From: Antedon mediterranea
Lineage: Eukaryota; Animalia; Echinodermata
Direction of reading: 5' to 3'
DNA: 64,000 nucleotides
NCBI RefSeq assembly: GCF_964355755.1
Contig: NC_092672.1
Coordinates: 20,473,237 to 20,537,236, forward strand
Below the pieces are notes generated by a model. That model did no database searches. It was not told the origin of the DNA and saw only the letters and a list, made by a program, of their open reading frames with translations. Position 1 is the first letter of the stretch, and each line of letters opens with the position of its first letter. The translations under genes and the position numbers were made by a program. Of this stretch, positions 27,044-37,403 are shown in pieces.

Positions 27044-29360
27044 ATGTACTTGACGGTGATTATTTTGCTTTTTATTAAAAGAAAGAAATTAACAAACACA
27101 AATAAAAAACAAAACTTGGTCTACTAAAATCCGTAAATAAGTGCATATATATTAAAAGCTTTGGTTGCAGTGCAAGTTAGTTGACCAATAACCAGCAATT
27201 TGTTTAGTTTGATTAGGTGTACTGTAATAATATCATAGGCTATAAAACATGTACATTTACTATTAAAATTTATATCCTGATGAATTTCAACATTTCTTAA
27301 GAGCTACAGTAAATGGAACTTAGTCTACAACCTAGTTTTCCTGATAATAACAATCTGAGATAAATCTTTGTTTTAATACACTTATTGATAGATTTGATAA
27401 TAAAACAAAGGGATTGTCATTGGCAACCCTTGTCACCATGGTTAGGAAAAGACTGAATAAGTCAAATTGTTAAAGACTGTTCGTTTCATGTCCAGGATTT
27501 GAATTATTTAATTTTTATGCGGGGAAATTACTATTAGTCAATCAATGAATTCTACTACAAATAGAAATATGTTGTAAATGCAATATTGTGGGCATGCAAT
27601 GCATGTGGTGGGGCGTTTACTTAAGGAAATAGTCCAAATGATGTTCTATAGGGACGTAATATTCGTGGGGGATTATTCAAAAGAGGGTGTTTAATCAAAT
27701 TGTCATCCATGCACCCTACCAGGTCCCCATCTCTGAAACCTATCAGCACCACAACCACACAGGTTCAGTACATTTTCTAGTAAAAAGACCTCCAACCCAG
27801 CAAATGGGCATTTGATATGGAACACAATCTAAAATGTTTGTCACCGAAGTTGAGCTTGAGTGACAGTCGATACTGAAACACACATGGAATTTGATTTAGT
27901 GATTTGAATAAAATAAATTTAATTAATTTCAAACAATGACAATTTATTTAATTTATTTAAAAATTGATATTAAAATATAAAGCATTTTGTTCATTTAATC
28001 TGGGGATGGTAATGGGGTAAAAAATAAATAATAATTTAAGTATAAGCTAGTAAAATAGTTTGTTTAGCAGAATTGCTATCGAAGTTTACTCAATAATATA
28101 GTTCTGCTGTTACCACTATTACATTCTTGAATGATTAATTAACACCAAACATGTTGAGTGCTTTCTGCCTTTTTAGCTTACATAAATTTTGCCATTTTGG
28201 TGCTTAATATCAGGTGAATAGTGGTAAAGTTGGCACCACCTGCAGTTGATTGAATGTATCAGTTAAATGTTCTTGATTATAATTTCTAGGGCATAGACCT
28301 ATAATCATTGATACAACTGAAGTATCTTAACCCTTATCTATCTTATCTAGTTTGTTAACTCTTCTCAAAATGAATTCACAAGGTTCTTCTAGATAATGTA
28401 GTGTTTTTTCGTTTGTTTTTTTGATCACTTGCCTAATTTTAGGTCTTGAAATTTAAAAATGAATATTTGGTTGAAAGAAATGAAAAAATGATGAAAATGA
28501 GAGCCTCTGTAGGCTGTACACTGTTATGTTTTAAACAGTATAGTTGTAAAACTAAATTTTCATGATAAATGGTTTATTAAATTTTATAGACTTATTATGG
28601 CTAGTTAGTATGGCAGCTATTAATTATATAAACAGTTTAGTTTTCTATTAATACTAAACATGTTGGATAATCATTTGACTAATATCAAAAAAAGTTTATT
28701 GTTTAATTTTATAAATAATCATAGTTATACTAAATAAAATACCAAAAAGTAATGAATTTATTATTTAAAGTATTTATTATTCCAATACACAACTGAAATT
28801 AGTTTTGCTTATTAATACTCTGAATCTTTTTAGTTTCTTTGTAAAAATAGTTAATTCTTGTTTATATTGTTTTAAAAGTATTTGTACTAAAAAATATTAG
28901 TTTAATATGTAGTATTTTTAATGATTTAATTAACACAGTAGGTTGTGAATCATTTTAGTTGTATGCCTAATTACTGTAATAATATCATAAATTGTCAATA
29001 TTATCTAATAGTTTTAAACGTATAAGGCCATGTAAAAAAAAACAACAGTTGATCGTCCTGGTTTTCTAAAAAAAGGAAGGAAGAGGCTCTTTTTATTTTT
29101 TATTTTTCCAAGATGGCGACTCACTACCGTATTTTCTTGAATAAACATGCCGCTATGAATAAAAATCACTCCCACCCCTCGCATACACCCTTCCTGACAA
29201 TTCAAATAAATATGGTAAGTACTGTAAGATGTCTAAACAAACATAAGTATACAGAACAGCAAATATTAAATTACACCTTTTTTTTATTTTATCAGGGGGT
29301 CACAATAAAAGTCCTTTTTGTACACTTTGACTTTATATCAAACTTCTGGATATTATTAGC

Positions 29361-29708
29361 CTACTGTGGCACAAATGCTCTAGTGTTTTTCCTTTTGGGT
29401 GTTTTGCCTGATTCCTTGCATTCACTACAAAGTGGATAATTCATGTTCTCAATTGATAAATTGTGCTCAGTTCCACAATAAAAGCACAGGGGGTCTGTGA
29501 ATGTTATGTAATAAGCTGCTTCGATAGGCAGGGCACATGTCATTTTGTCATTGACAAAAACAATAGAATCGTCCTCTCCCAGGATGTCTTGAAAACAAGT
29601 TCCACATGAATACGACAGTGTGTCCAGTTCTCGTTCCAAGAGCTGCCCTTGGTCACGCTTCAGAACATGAGCTGCATAACATACTCGCCACTTGAGGCAT
29701 TCTTCACA
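29361..29708 (-). pseudogene. Terminal exon remnant of a Zator-like transposase
   Basis: After a polypyrimidine-TAG acceptor: CEECLKWRVCYAAHVLKRDQGQLLERELDTLSYSCG...TCALPIEAAYY...CFYCG...YPLCSECKESGK*; family assignment from recalled motif pattern plus TIR/TSD type. Confidence 0.6.
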
Positions 29709-29932
29709 CTAGAATAAAGAATGAAAAAGAGTAGGGGTAAATATATGGTAAATTCAGTTGTGTTGAAAGAATTCTGAACATGACAATAATATGATAATAT
29801 GACATCCAAAGAGGGAGGGAATATCAATGCATACACACATATTTTAAACAGGACGTGGGTCATGTACCCGAACACGTCCGTAAACATCTAGCCTATATAT
29901 ATGGGACAGTTTCAACCCAGCCGGGTCGATTC

Positions 29933-30230
29933 TGTTGTGATTTTAGGTCGGTGCTGGAATGGCCTGGTAATGAAAGCTACTAGGCTTACCTTAACAGTCC
30001 CGCTTGTCCTAAATCACACAAGTATCCGCAAGCAGTAAATCCAAATATCTTGGTCAATTCCGGTTGTGTCCGTTTCTCCTTGGTTCCTGCTTCGAATAGA
30101 TCGGTTCGGCCGGCGTCAAGGCCCCACGTTAACATTTGCATACCCCCTGTATGCAAATCAAGCTATCGGGGCGACGCCCTCGTTCGGTCGGAGGGGTGGT
30201 CTGTTTACCCAGCGGGCGCCGTTCACAACA
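29933..30230 (-). repeat. 3' LTR
   Basis: TGTTGTGA...TCACAACA termini; I see 2 substitutions relative to 37404-37701. Confidence 0.97.
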
Positions 30231-30238
30231 CTCCTCCC
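30231..30238 (-). promoter_or_regulatory. Polypurine tract
   Basis: Minus strand GGGAGGAG immediately before the 3' LTR. Confidence 0.8.
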
Positions 30239-30462
30239 GTGTTTGAAAAGCGGGCACCCCGTCCTGGGTCCACCTCGGGGGTAAACCAGGTGATTTTCGT
30301 ACGTGAAAAAATACCCGATACCCGTAGCTATGTAGACTGCTCCCAACGATCTCTTCAGATAGTCAATGGCCGTGGGACATGCCAGTAGCACCGTCCCCCG
30401 CTTCCGTCAGCAAACGGCACCTGGTCCCTGTCTGAGAGAGAAGAGAAAATAAACGCGAGTAC

Positions 30463-33400
30463 CTAATTGTTAACCGAGGACTTGCAGTCCGCACATCGAT
30501 ATAAGTCGATGTCCAAGGCCTCAGACGGTGCAATATTCACACATGCACCATGGTACCACACCTCGCAATAGTCACATTGTATCATAAATGAGCCGGCCCA
30601 GGGCTGGCGACATAGACAATACAACGGTCCTCCTGCATCCGGATCTGTAGGTGAAGAGAGAGGAAGTAAGTTAAAATCAACCAGCCATTTAGGAAGCTGT
30701 CGATCCCGACAAGGCTTCAGCTTGTCATGATTTAAAACCACTGTCTTGTTTCTCAGCTGCACCTGAAATAAACAAGAACTAATAACCTTAGTGATAATAC
30801 CAGGCCCCTTCCAGGGGGGACACAATTTCTTGCACTTCCCCCGAGGGGTAGCGTTGTCCAGAACGTAGACTTTGTCCCCACATTGGTATGGACGTTCCAG
30901 CACTCGAAGATCATAGTCCCGTTTCATCCTCTTCTGAGTCTGCTTTAGCGTATCCCTAGCGATGCCATGGGCATCACGGGTCGCTTTCACCAAATCTGCA
31001 ACGTAGATAGCGGCTTCCTGCTCATCAGTGGACCGGCATTCTCCGAACATGAGATCAGCTGGTAAATTAACCTCTCGGCCCAGCATCAGCATGTTTGGAG
31101 TAAAACCAGTCAAGCGGTTCACCGTGGCGCGTAGTGCACCAGCAATCTGCGGTAGATAGACATCCCAGTCTCGTTGTCTCTTCCCAACGAAGCATCGTAC
31201 AGCATCCATAAGTGTTCGATTAAATCGCTCTACTTGACCATTAGCCGACGGTCGGTAGCTTGTCGTCCGGGTCTTGTGGATCTGTAAAACTTTACATAAA
31301 GATGCAAACAATTCACTCTCAAAATTTCTCCCCTGGTCTGAGTGTAACTGAAAAGGTACACCGAATCTAGAGAAGAAGTCCCTTACTAGGGCTCTAGCGG
31401 TTACCTCCGCAACCTGAGACGGGAGCGGGCTGATCTCAACCCATTTTGTGAATTGGTCGACCATCATAAGAACGTAAATATTCCTCTGTTCAGTTTTTGG
31501 TAACGGGCCGAGGAAATCGATATGTACGCGTTCCATTGGAACGCCGGCCTGGAATTCAGTCAACCGATGTCGACCTTGCCGAGTAGCCTTCTTGCTTCTA
31601 TTACAAATATTGCAAGTCTGTACATACCTCTGTATATCCCCGCCCATACCGTACCAGAAAAACTTCTCCTTCAATCGGAACTTGGTCCGGGCGACCCCTT
31701 GATGACCCGCCGACGGCAAATCATGATGTAACCTAAAAGCTACGGCGTGTAGCTCCTTGGGCAACACAAGTAGTCGTCCGGTACCCTCTGCTTGGTTGAT
31801 GAACAGTATACCTGCTTCCGTGAGATGCAAGCGTTGCCTGTTCAGCCAGTAGTGTTTGGTGGCAGCGCTGGAGATAAACAGCTGATTCTCGGAGGGTTCC
31901 CCATTCCGCAACCAGTCCAGAACAGGTGCCAAGTCAGGATCACTCGTTTGATGTTGCCGTAGCTCATCCAGTGAGTAACCCCAACACTCGGCTTCCTTCG
32001 GCCGTAGCTGTACTGCAGCCACTCGTCCACCATCATCGTCCTGTAGGAAAGAAAACTGAATCGTACCGTTAGTAGCAGTCCGTGATACCTCTATACTTAC
32101 TTGTCCACCGGGGTCCCAAGGAACATCGTCCCCTGGCAGAGTACCCTCCAGGTGGTCCACGGCTACCTGGTGTACGTGCACGATGGGCACAACGTCGTCC
32201 ACTTCATCCTGGAACGTTGACCATCTCGCATCCGCTCGTTGACAGTACGAACAGCCCCCACAGGGAAGCCCTTCAAGCGCAGGCCGTTCGTGGCTACTGT
32301 CATGAGTTTCGGGTCGGCGAGACAGAGCATCAGCGTTGCCATGGTGTTGCCCTCGGTGGTGTTCAATCAACAGGTGGTACTGGCTCAACTCCTCGATCCA
32401 CCGAGCGAGTTGCCCCTGTGGCTGCTTGAAGTTGAGGAGCCAGGTCAGGCTGTTGTGATCAGTCCGCACTCTAAAAGGTCTGCCCAGAAGGTAGTGCCTA
32501 AAATGCCTTGTCATGAACACAATTGCTAGCAACTCCTTGCGTGTAGTGCAATAGTTCCGTTGTTCATGAGTTAGACGAGCACTTGCGTATGCAATTACCT
32601 TCTCCTTACCTTCCTGCACCTGGAGCAGCTCGCCTCCTAGCGCTTGATCCGAAGCGTCGACATCCAGAATGAATTCATCAGTCCCGTTCGGCAAGGCGAG
32701 TAGAGGAGGTTTAACGAGAGCAGCTTTCAGGTCGGTGAACGCTTGTTGTTGTTCCTCATCCCAGTGAAACTTCACCTCTTTTTTAGTGAGTTCATATAGA
32801 GGTGCAGCTAAACCAGCAAAGTTCTCAATGAACTCTCTATGGTAATTAGCCAACCCCAAGAACTGCTGTACTTCTCTCAGATTGGTAGGTGTCGGCCAGT
32901 CTTGAACAGCCTTTATATCCGAATCGGACACTGCCACCGTATCCTCCCCAACGATTCGCCCTAAAAACTCAACCTGTTTCTGAAAGAAAACACACTTTTT
33001 AGGTTTAAGTTTAAAGTTGTTAACACGAAATTGCTGCAGAACCTGAGAGAGGTTGCTGAGATGATCTTCAAACGTTTTACCTAGCACGACAATATCATCG
33101 AGAAATGCCAATACCGTATCCCACGCCAATCCCCGCAGCACCAAACCCATGGCACGGGAGAAGGTTGCAGGACAATTGGTAAGACCAAATGGCATTTTCA
33201 CGAATTCATACAGGCCATGCTTGGTGATAAACGCTGTCTTCTTACGGTCTTCATCCTTCATCTTAATCTGCCAGTACCCCCAAATCGCGTCCAGTTTAGA
33301 AAACCAGATATTCCCCGACAGTGTGTCAAGGCAATCACGAATCAGAGGTAATGGATACGCATCTTTAGTCGTGATGTTGTTGAGAGCTCGATAGTCAATG

Positions 33401-34722
33401 CAAAAGCGCACAGAACCATCGCGCTTCCGGACCAACACAGGCGGTGACGCCCATTCAGACATGGATGGTTGAATAACACCAGCCTCCAACATCTTCTTTA
33501 TCTCCTTTTCCTCCTCCCCCACAAAGCGCAGAGGAGTATGGCGGAGTCGTTGCCTGATCGGTGAGGCATCTCCAGTGTCGATGCTGTGTTCAATATCACC
33601 AAAGGTGCCAATGTCGAACTGATGAGCGGCGAAGACATCCTGGTAATCAACCAATAGTTTAGTGAGCGCGTCAGCCTCTTCACCTGAGAGATTAGATCTC
33701 GAAGAGTCCAACATGCCCACTAGGTGCGCCGGCACCCCCTCGGGTTGGTTACCGTCATCGTCCGCTTGATTCGACAAAGCATCCTCGGACGGAGTCACCC
33801 CCGTCTGGAACACACTCACCCCTTCAGCTTCCCTGGCCGTACCTATCTGTCTACCCTTTTTCATAGTAAGATAGTGATCAGATGTGTTGATGACACAGAT
33901 GCATGGCGCATCAGTGCGTAGATGTAAAGTTGCCGGTATCGCCACATCGTCAGTAGTTGGAACTGGCTCTATAAAGAAATCAGGCATAGATACATTGTTA
34001 GTCACAAGTTTACATTTAACATGAGCGGCTGAGTGAGGAGGAATTACTCTCCGTTTAGCCACCGTTACCTGGGCAACCCTAGGTTCCACCGGTGAATCCC
34101 CTCTTAGAGATATGGTACTGCCCCCAATTGCCAAAAGCAAATTCCCACAATCGATAACGGCTCCCTGTGGATGAAGAAAATCACCACCCAAGAGCATATC
34201 GTCATTGATGGGGGCAACATAAAAGAATTCATGGTACTCTTTGGTTCCCAATGTAAACTGTAGCGGCCCCACCTTCGACCCTGGCATAGATGTCCCCCTC
34301 CCTGCCAAAGTAAAGGACAGGGTGGACACCACAGGTGGTGCCGGATCTAGACTTTTATAAACCTTATCGGATAGTATGGTAAAATCCGCTGCAGTATCCA
34401 CGACTGCGTCAATTTTGGTACCATTGACAAAAGCAGTTGCATGCAACGCATTCAATGATTTTACCCTATTGATAACAATCCGGGTTTGCGTCTCTTCAGT
34501 TTTGGTTGTCGTCGGTGTAGATGATTCAATCAGCCCTGAGCTAATTGCAGACGGCTCAATGATCGTCACAGGATCCGGTGCTACCCCCTCTGTATTTACA
34601 GGCTTGGCCATCGGGCCTAGCTTGGGGATAGTCGACGAACCATCCTCTTTCTGGCCAGCTTCCGGAACCGGGTTAGGTCGTCGGCCCTCTGACCCAACCC
34701 TTACTCGTTTAACGGATCCGGC
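30463..34722 (-). CDS. pol: Pol polyprotein: protease, RT, RNase H, integrase, C-terminal PHD finger
   Basis: Frame open from 34722 (first ATG 34611). Motifs: VVDTAA (PR); RFCIDYRALN, MPFGL, FLDD (RT); DVDAS, TRKELLA, ADALSR (RH); H-H-C-C, HIDFLGP, SDQG, VERFNRTL, WKGP (IN); C4HC3 PHD. Confidence 0.97.
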   Translation of the reverse strand, partial: AGSVKRVRVGSEGRRPNPVPEAGQKEDGSSTIPKLGPMAKPVNTEGVAPDPVTIIEPSAISSGLIESSTPTTTKTEETQTRIVINRVKSLNALHATAFVNGTKIDAVVDTAADFTILSDKVYKSLDPAPPVVSTLSFTLAGRGTSMPGSKVGPLQFTLGTKEYHEFFYVAPINDDMLLGGDFLHPQGAVIDCGNLLLAIGGSTISLRGDSPVEPRVAQVTVAKRRVIPPHSAAHVKCKLVTNNVSMPDFFIEPVPTTDDVAIPATLHLRTDAPCICVINTSDHYLTMKKGRQIGTAREAEGVSVFQTGVTPSEDALSNQADDDGNQPEGVPAHLVGMLDSSRSNLSGEEADALTKLLVDYQDVFAAHQFDIGTFGDIEHSIDTGDASPIRQRLRHTPLRFVGEEEKEIKKMLEAGVIQPSMSEWASPPVLVRKRDGSVRFCIDYRALNNITTKDAYPLPLIRDCLDTLSGNIWFSKLDAIWGYWQIKMKDEDRKKTAFITKHGLYEFVKMPFGLTNCPATFSRAMGLVLRGLAWDTVLAFLDDIVVLGKTFEDHLSNLSQVLQQFRVNNFKLKPKKCVFFQKQVEFLGRIVGEDTVAVSDSDIKAVQDWPTPTNLREVQQFLGLANYHREFIENFAGLAAPLYELTKKEVKFHWDEEQQQAFTDLKAALVKPPLLALPNGTDEFILDVDASDQALGGELLQVQEGKEKVIAYASARLTHEQRNYCTTRKELLAIVFMTRHFRHYLLGRPFRVRTDHNSLTWLLNFKQPQGQLARWIEELSQYHLLIEHHRGQHHGNADALSRRPETHDSSHERPALEGLPCGGCSYCQRADARWSTFQDEVDDVVPIVHVHQVAVDHLEGTLPGDDVPWDPGGQVSIEVSRTATNGTIQFSFLQDDDGGRVAAVQLRPKEAECWGYSLDELRQHQTSDPDLAPVLDWLRNGEPSENQLFISSAATKHYWLNRQRLHLTEAGILFINQAEGTGRLLVLPKELHAVAFRLHHDLPSAGHQGVARTKFRLKEKFFWYGMGGDIQRYVQTCNICNRSKKATRQGRHRLTEFQAGVPMERVHIDFLGPLPKTEQRNIYVLMMVDQFTKWVEISPLPSQVAEVTARALVRDFFSRFGVPFQLHSDQGRNFESELFASLCKVLQIHKTRTTSYRPSANGQVERFNRTLMDAVRCFVGKRQRDWDVYLPQIAGALRATVNRLTGFTPNMLMLGREVNLPADLMFGECRSTDEQEAAIYVADLVKATRDAHGIARDTLKQTQKRMKRDYDLRVLERPYQCGDKVYVLDNATPRGKCKKLCPPWKGPGIITKVISSCLFQVQLRNKTVVLNHDKLKPCRDRQLPKWLVDFNLLPLSSPTDPDAGGPLYCLCRQPWAGSFMIQCDYCEVWYHGACVNIAPSEALDIDLYRCADCKSSVNN
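34670..34713 (-). promoter_or_regulatory. -1 ribosomal frameshift signal
   Basis: G_UUA_AAC in the gag frame inside the 22-nt gag/pol overlap, 6-nt spacer, 10-bp stem GGGUUGGGUC/GACCUAACCC; pol is in the -1 frame. Confidence 0.8.
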
Positions 34723-36578
34723 TCATTGCCACTAACCTGACGCAAACGGCTCGCTAATCTCGGACACTCCCTGCGGAAGTGTCCCACCTCCTTACATTCA
34801 AAACAAGCCAGTTCGCCTGGTTTCAGGAAACGCATGAGCTGATCCAATTGATTCCGCATGGCGGCAATCTCCGTGTTCACGGTGTTCTCCACCCGTCCCA
34901 GATTGGTATTCAACGTCTGGAAATTACCCTCCACAGTAGCCAAACGGGCTTCTGTAGTAGGAGTATTGTTGGTGGGTGGCACCGACGTCACAGTTCGAGG
35001 AACCCAAGCTGGTGCTGGCCTTTGAAACGTTACACGGTTTCCCCTCATAGGCCTCCCTCGCACCTGCTGAATGGACACCTCATCGACAGTTTCACCCTCG
35101 GTATCGTCCTGGTCTTCTGAAGGTAGCTGAAAAGATAGTGGGGGTGCAAAAGAAGTACGGACCGTGGACCTAACATGAGGTTTCACGGTATCCTTAACCT
35201 TACTCTTACGTTTACTATATAGCCCCCTATAACTATCATATTTTTCAAACATCCTAATAGCTCTGGGAATAGTTGAACAGTGCTTGTGCATGACGTGCCT
35301 ACCTACTTCTGCATCCCTGCACCCAATACAAAACCTAACTACGGCCTGCTCTTGGATCCACTCCTTGGGCAAATCCTTAAACGCCTTTCTAGTCAAGGTT
35401 AGCACTCTATCTCCCCATTCCTCTATAGTCTCTCCCTCATTTTGCGTAGCAGTCTCTAATTTAGCTTGGAGGACTGCGGGGAGCTCGTCCTCACTAAAAC
35501 GTCGGTTGAAAGCTTTAATGATCTGCCTAAAGCCTAAATCAGCGTCCATTTCTATCAGATTCACATAGAACTCAGCCGCCGCCCCGTCTAAACACCAAGT
35601 AAGGACGTCCTTACTTTCACGGTTTGTGAGTTCCTGCTCCTCTATAAATGAAGCCAACCGCCGCTTAAAAAAGGACCAGTTGTCTCCCCTCCCCCTAAAC
35701 GTTAGAGACCTAGGTATATCTTTTTTACGCATCCTCCTACGTTCTACAAAATCCTGCCGGCCTTCATAGTGCCTGACTCTCGGGATAGCCCTAAGACACT
35801 CCACTGCTGTCCTAGCCCCTGCACTATGTCTATCCGACTGTCTATCCGACTCTCTACTCCTGCTACTATCAGTATCAGCACCATCCCCACTAAGGTCACT
35901 ATCGCTGGCCGATGGAGATCGCCGGCGAGCCCTAGTTTTAGACCTAGCGGTTTTAGATAGTCTCCTGGGGAGTCTTTCCTCCTCGTCCTCCCTAGAGCTA
36001 AAACACGAGTCTAAGGTTATCGGAGATGGCTTTTTGATGTAGCTCCTACGTTGTGTTGACCTATTCTTACTCCTATCCTGGTCAGAACGCCCAGCGAAGG
36101 TGGATGGCGTATAAGCCCCAAGCCCACCTTCGAGATAACGAGGATCACTAGCAGGTCCTGTAGTATAATACGTACCCGGTACGTCTAATAAAGGAGTAGC
36201 CTGGGGCGATGAGAGGACGTGGTATCGACCACTATGGCCCCCGTCATTTTTCCCCCGATATGCCCCTTCCATACCTACAGATTGTGAGACCTGCGACCCC
36301 TTTCTGGCCGCTCTATTTTGCTTCTCCACTAGAGGTGACACATTATCAATCATCTGGCCTACGCCTCCCCCTAAACTCGGATTCGGCTGAAAATCCAGGT
36401 AGTCCACCAACCTGGCAGTACCAGCTACTCCGTGTATCTGATTAATATTAGAGGGCGTAATGTTGCCATGGGTAGCCCGCCATTTAATTATTCTAGTTGC
36501 TCGTTTCTTCCCTACATTAGGGACTCCATGAAGATCTTGCACTGGGCAAAAGTTAACTAGAACCTTATTAGACGACAT
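34701..36578 (-). CDS. gag: Gag (625 aa): N-terminal helix-hairpin-helix domain, capsid-like region, CCHC zinc knuckle
   Basis: Upstream of pol; F.G.G.NW..F...L...L.G.A capsid pattern; CFECKEVGHFRREC knuckle (34764-34805); N-terminus VNFCPVQDLHGVPNVGKKRATRIIKWRATHG. Confidence 0.95.
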   Translation of the reverse strand: MSSNKVLVNFCPVQDLHGVPNVGKKRATRIIKWRATHGNITPSNINQIHGVAGTARLVDYLDFQPNPSLGGGVGQMIDNVSPLVEKQNRAARKGSQVSQSVGMEGAYRGKNDGGHSGRYHVLSSPQATPLLDVPGTYYTTGPASDPRYLEGGLGAYTPSTFAGRSDQDRSKNRSTQRRSYIKKPSPITLDSCFSSREDEEERLPRRLSKTARSKTRARRRSPSASDSDLSGDGADTDSSRSRESDRQSDRHSAGARTAVECLRAIPRVRHYEGRQDFVERRRMRKKDIPRSLTFRGRGDNWSFFKRRLASFIEEQELTNRESKDVLTWCLDGAAAEFYVNLIEMDADLGFRQIIKAFNRRFSEDELPAVLQAKLETATQNEGETIEEWGDRVLTLTRKAFKDLPKEWIQEQAVVRFCIGCRDAEVGRHVMHKHCSTIPRAIRMFEKYDSYRGLYSKRKSKVKDTVKPHVRSTVRTSFAPPLSFQLPSEDQDDTEGETVDEVSIQQVRGRPMRGNRVTFQRPAPAWVPRTVTSVPPTNNTPTTEARLATVEGNFQTLNTNLGRVENTVNTEIAAMRNQLDQLMRFLKPGELACFECKEVGHFRRECPRLASRLRQVSGNEPDPLNE

Positions 36579-37388
36579 GATCTAAAAAGTGTCTCTCTTC
36601 TATTGGGTTGTTATGCTCCTAAATCTAGTTACAGTGTATGGCAGATGTTATTAAGCAAAGAGTACGATACAAATTAAAATACCGCCAGACGTAATAAAAA
36701 TTACAGGCCCAACAGTAGAATAAAATATCGTCAATGCAGTAACACACACACAATATTGCAAAATGGTTGTTGGAGATGCAAATATAATAAAATATTTCAC
36801 CAGCAAACCTGCAATAAGAAACAACTAGATTATTCAAAAAGACGTCAATACAGTTTAACAACACTTACCACTAAACCTTCCCCCGATGCAAAGAAAGGAG
36901 AGCGATAATGCCACTGTGAGGTTAACACAATAATACGCACAGCCAATATAATTTCTCAAGATGAAAAACCTGACTGACGGACGAAAAAGATGTTATCAAT
37001 AAAAAACAATCAAATTTAAAATTAGTGGTGCCACTCAGTTCAACGGCCACGCCTAGTATCCCACCAGGTGATACGGCCTAGTAAACTGCCCACTAATCCT
37101 TCAACTATAGCAAAATAAATACAACTCCCGGTACGCATCGACTACCCCGTCGATACGCTAATCAGCAAGCATCCAAATGCCACAATACTGCGTGATTAAC
37201 TTTACCGGTATGTTATACCTTCAATAAATATACCAACTTCAATAAACTAACAAATGCACCGTAAGTACAATAAGTTAATAATTTCAGCAGAGGACGAAAT
37301 ACCTCGCAATCAACCCGATCACGTTAAGAATGCCAGCTGGCAATCAAGGCACCCGCCTCCCCACCAAAAAAAAAGATTTCCGAGCTTT

Positions 37389-37402
37389 TGCTCGCAGCGC
37401 CA
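37389..37402 (-). promoter_or_regulatory. Primer-binding site, probably tRNA-Ser
   Basis: TGGCGCTGCGAGCA one nt after the 5' LTR; complementary to a ...TGCTCGCAGCG-CCA end, similar to animal tRNA-Ser(CGA/TGA) 3' ends. Confidence 0.8.
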
Positions 37403-37403
37403 A

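Noticed and set aside
30050-30391. ORFs in or next to the LTRs (also 37521-37848) as env/ORF3
   Set aside because: Short, mostly with non-ATG starts, overlapping the LTR, and without signal peptide or fusion-protein features; GC-rich sequence explains the open frames.
31522-36445. Antisense and alternate-frame ORFs inside gag/pol
   Set aside because: Shadow ORFs of a GC-richer coding region with no recognisable motifs.
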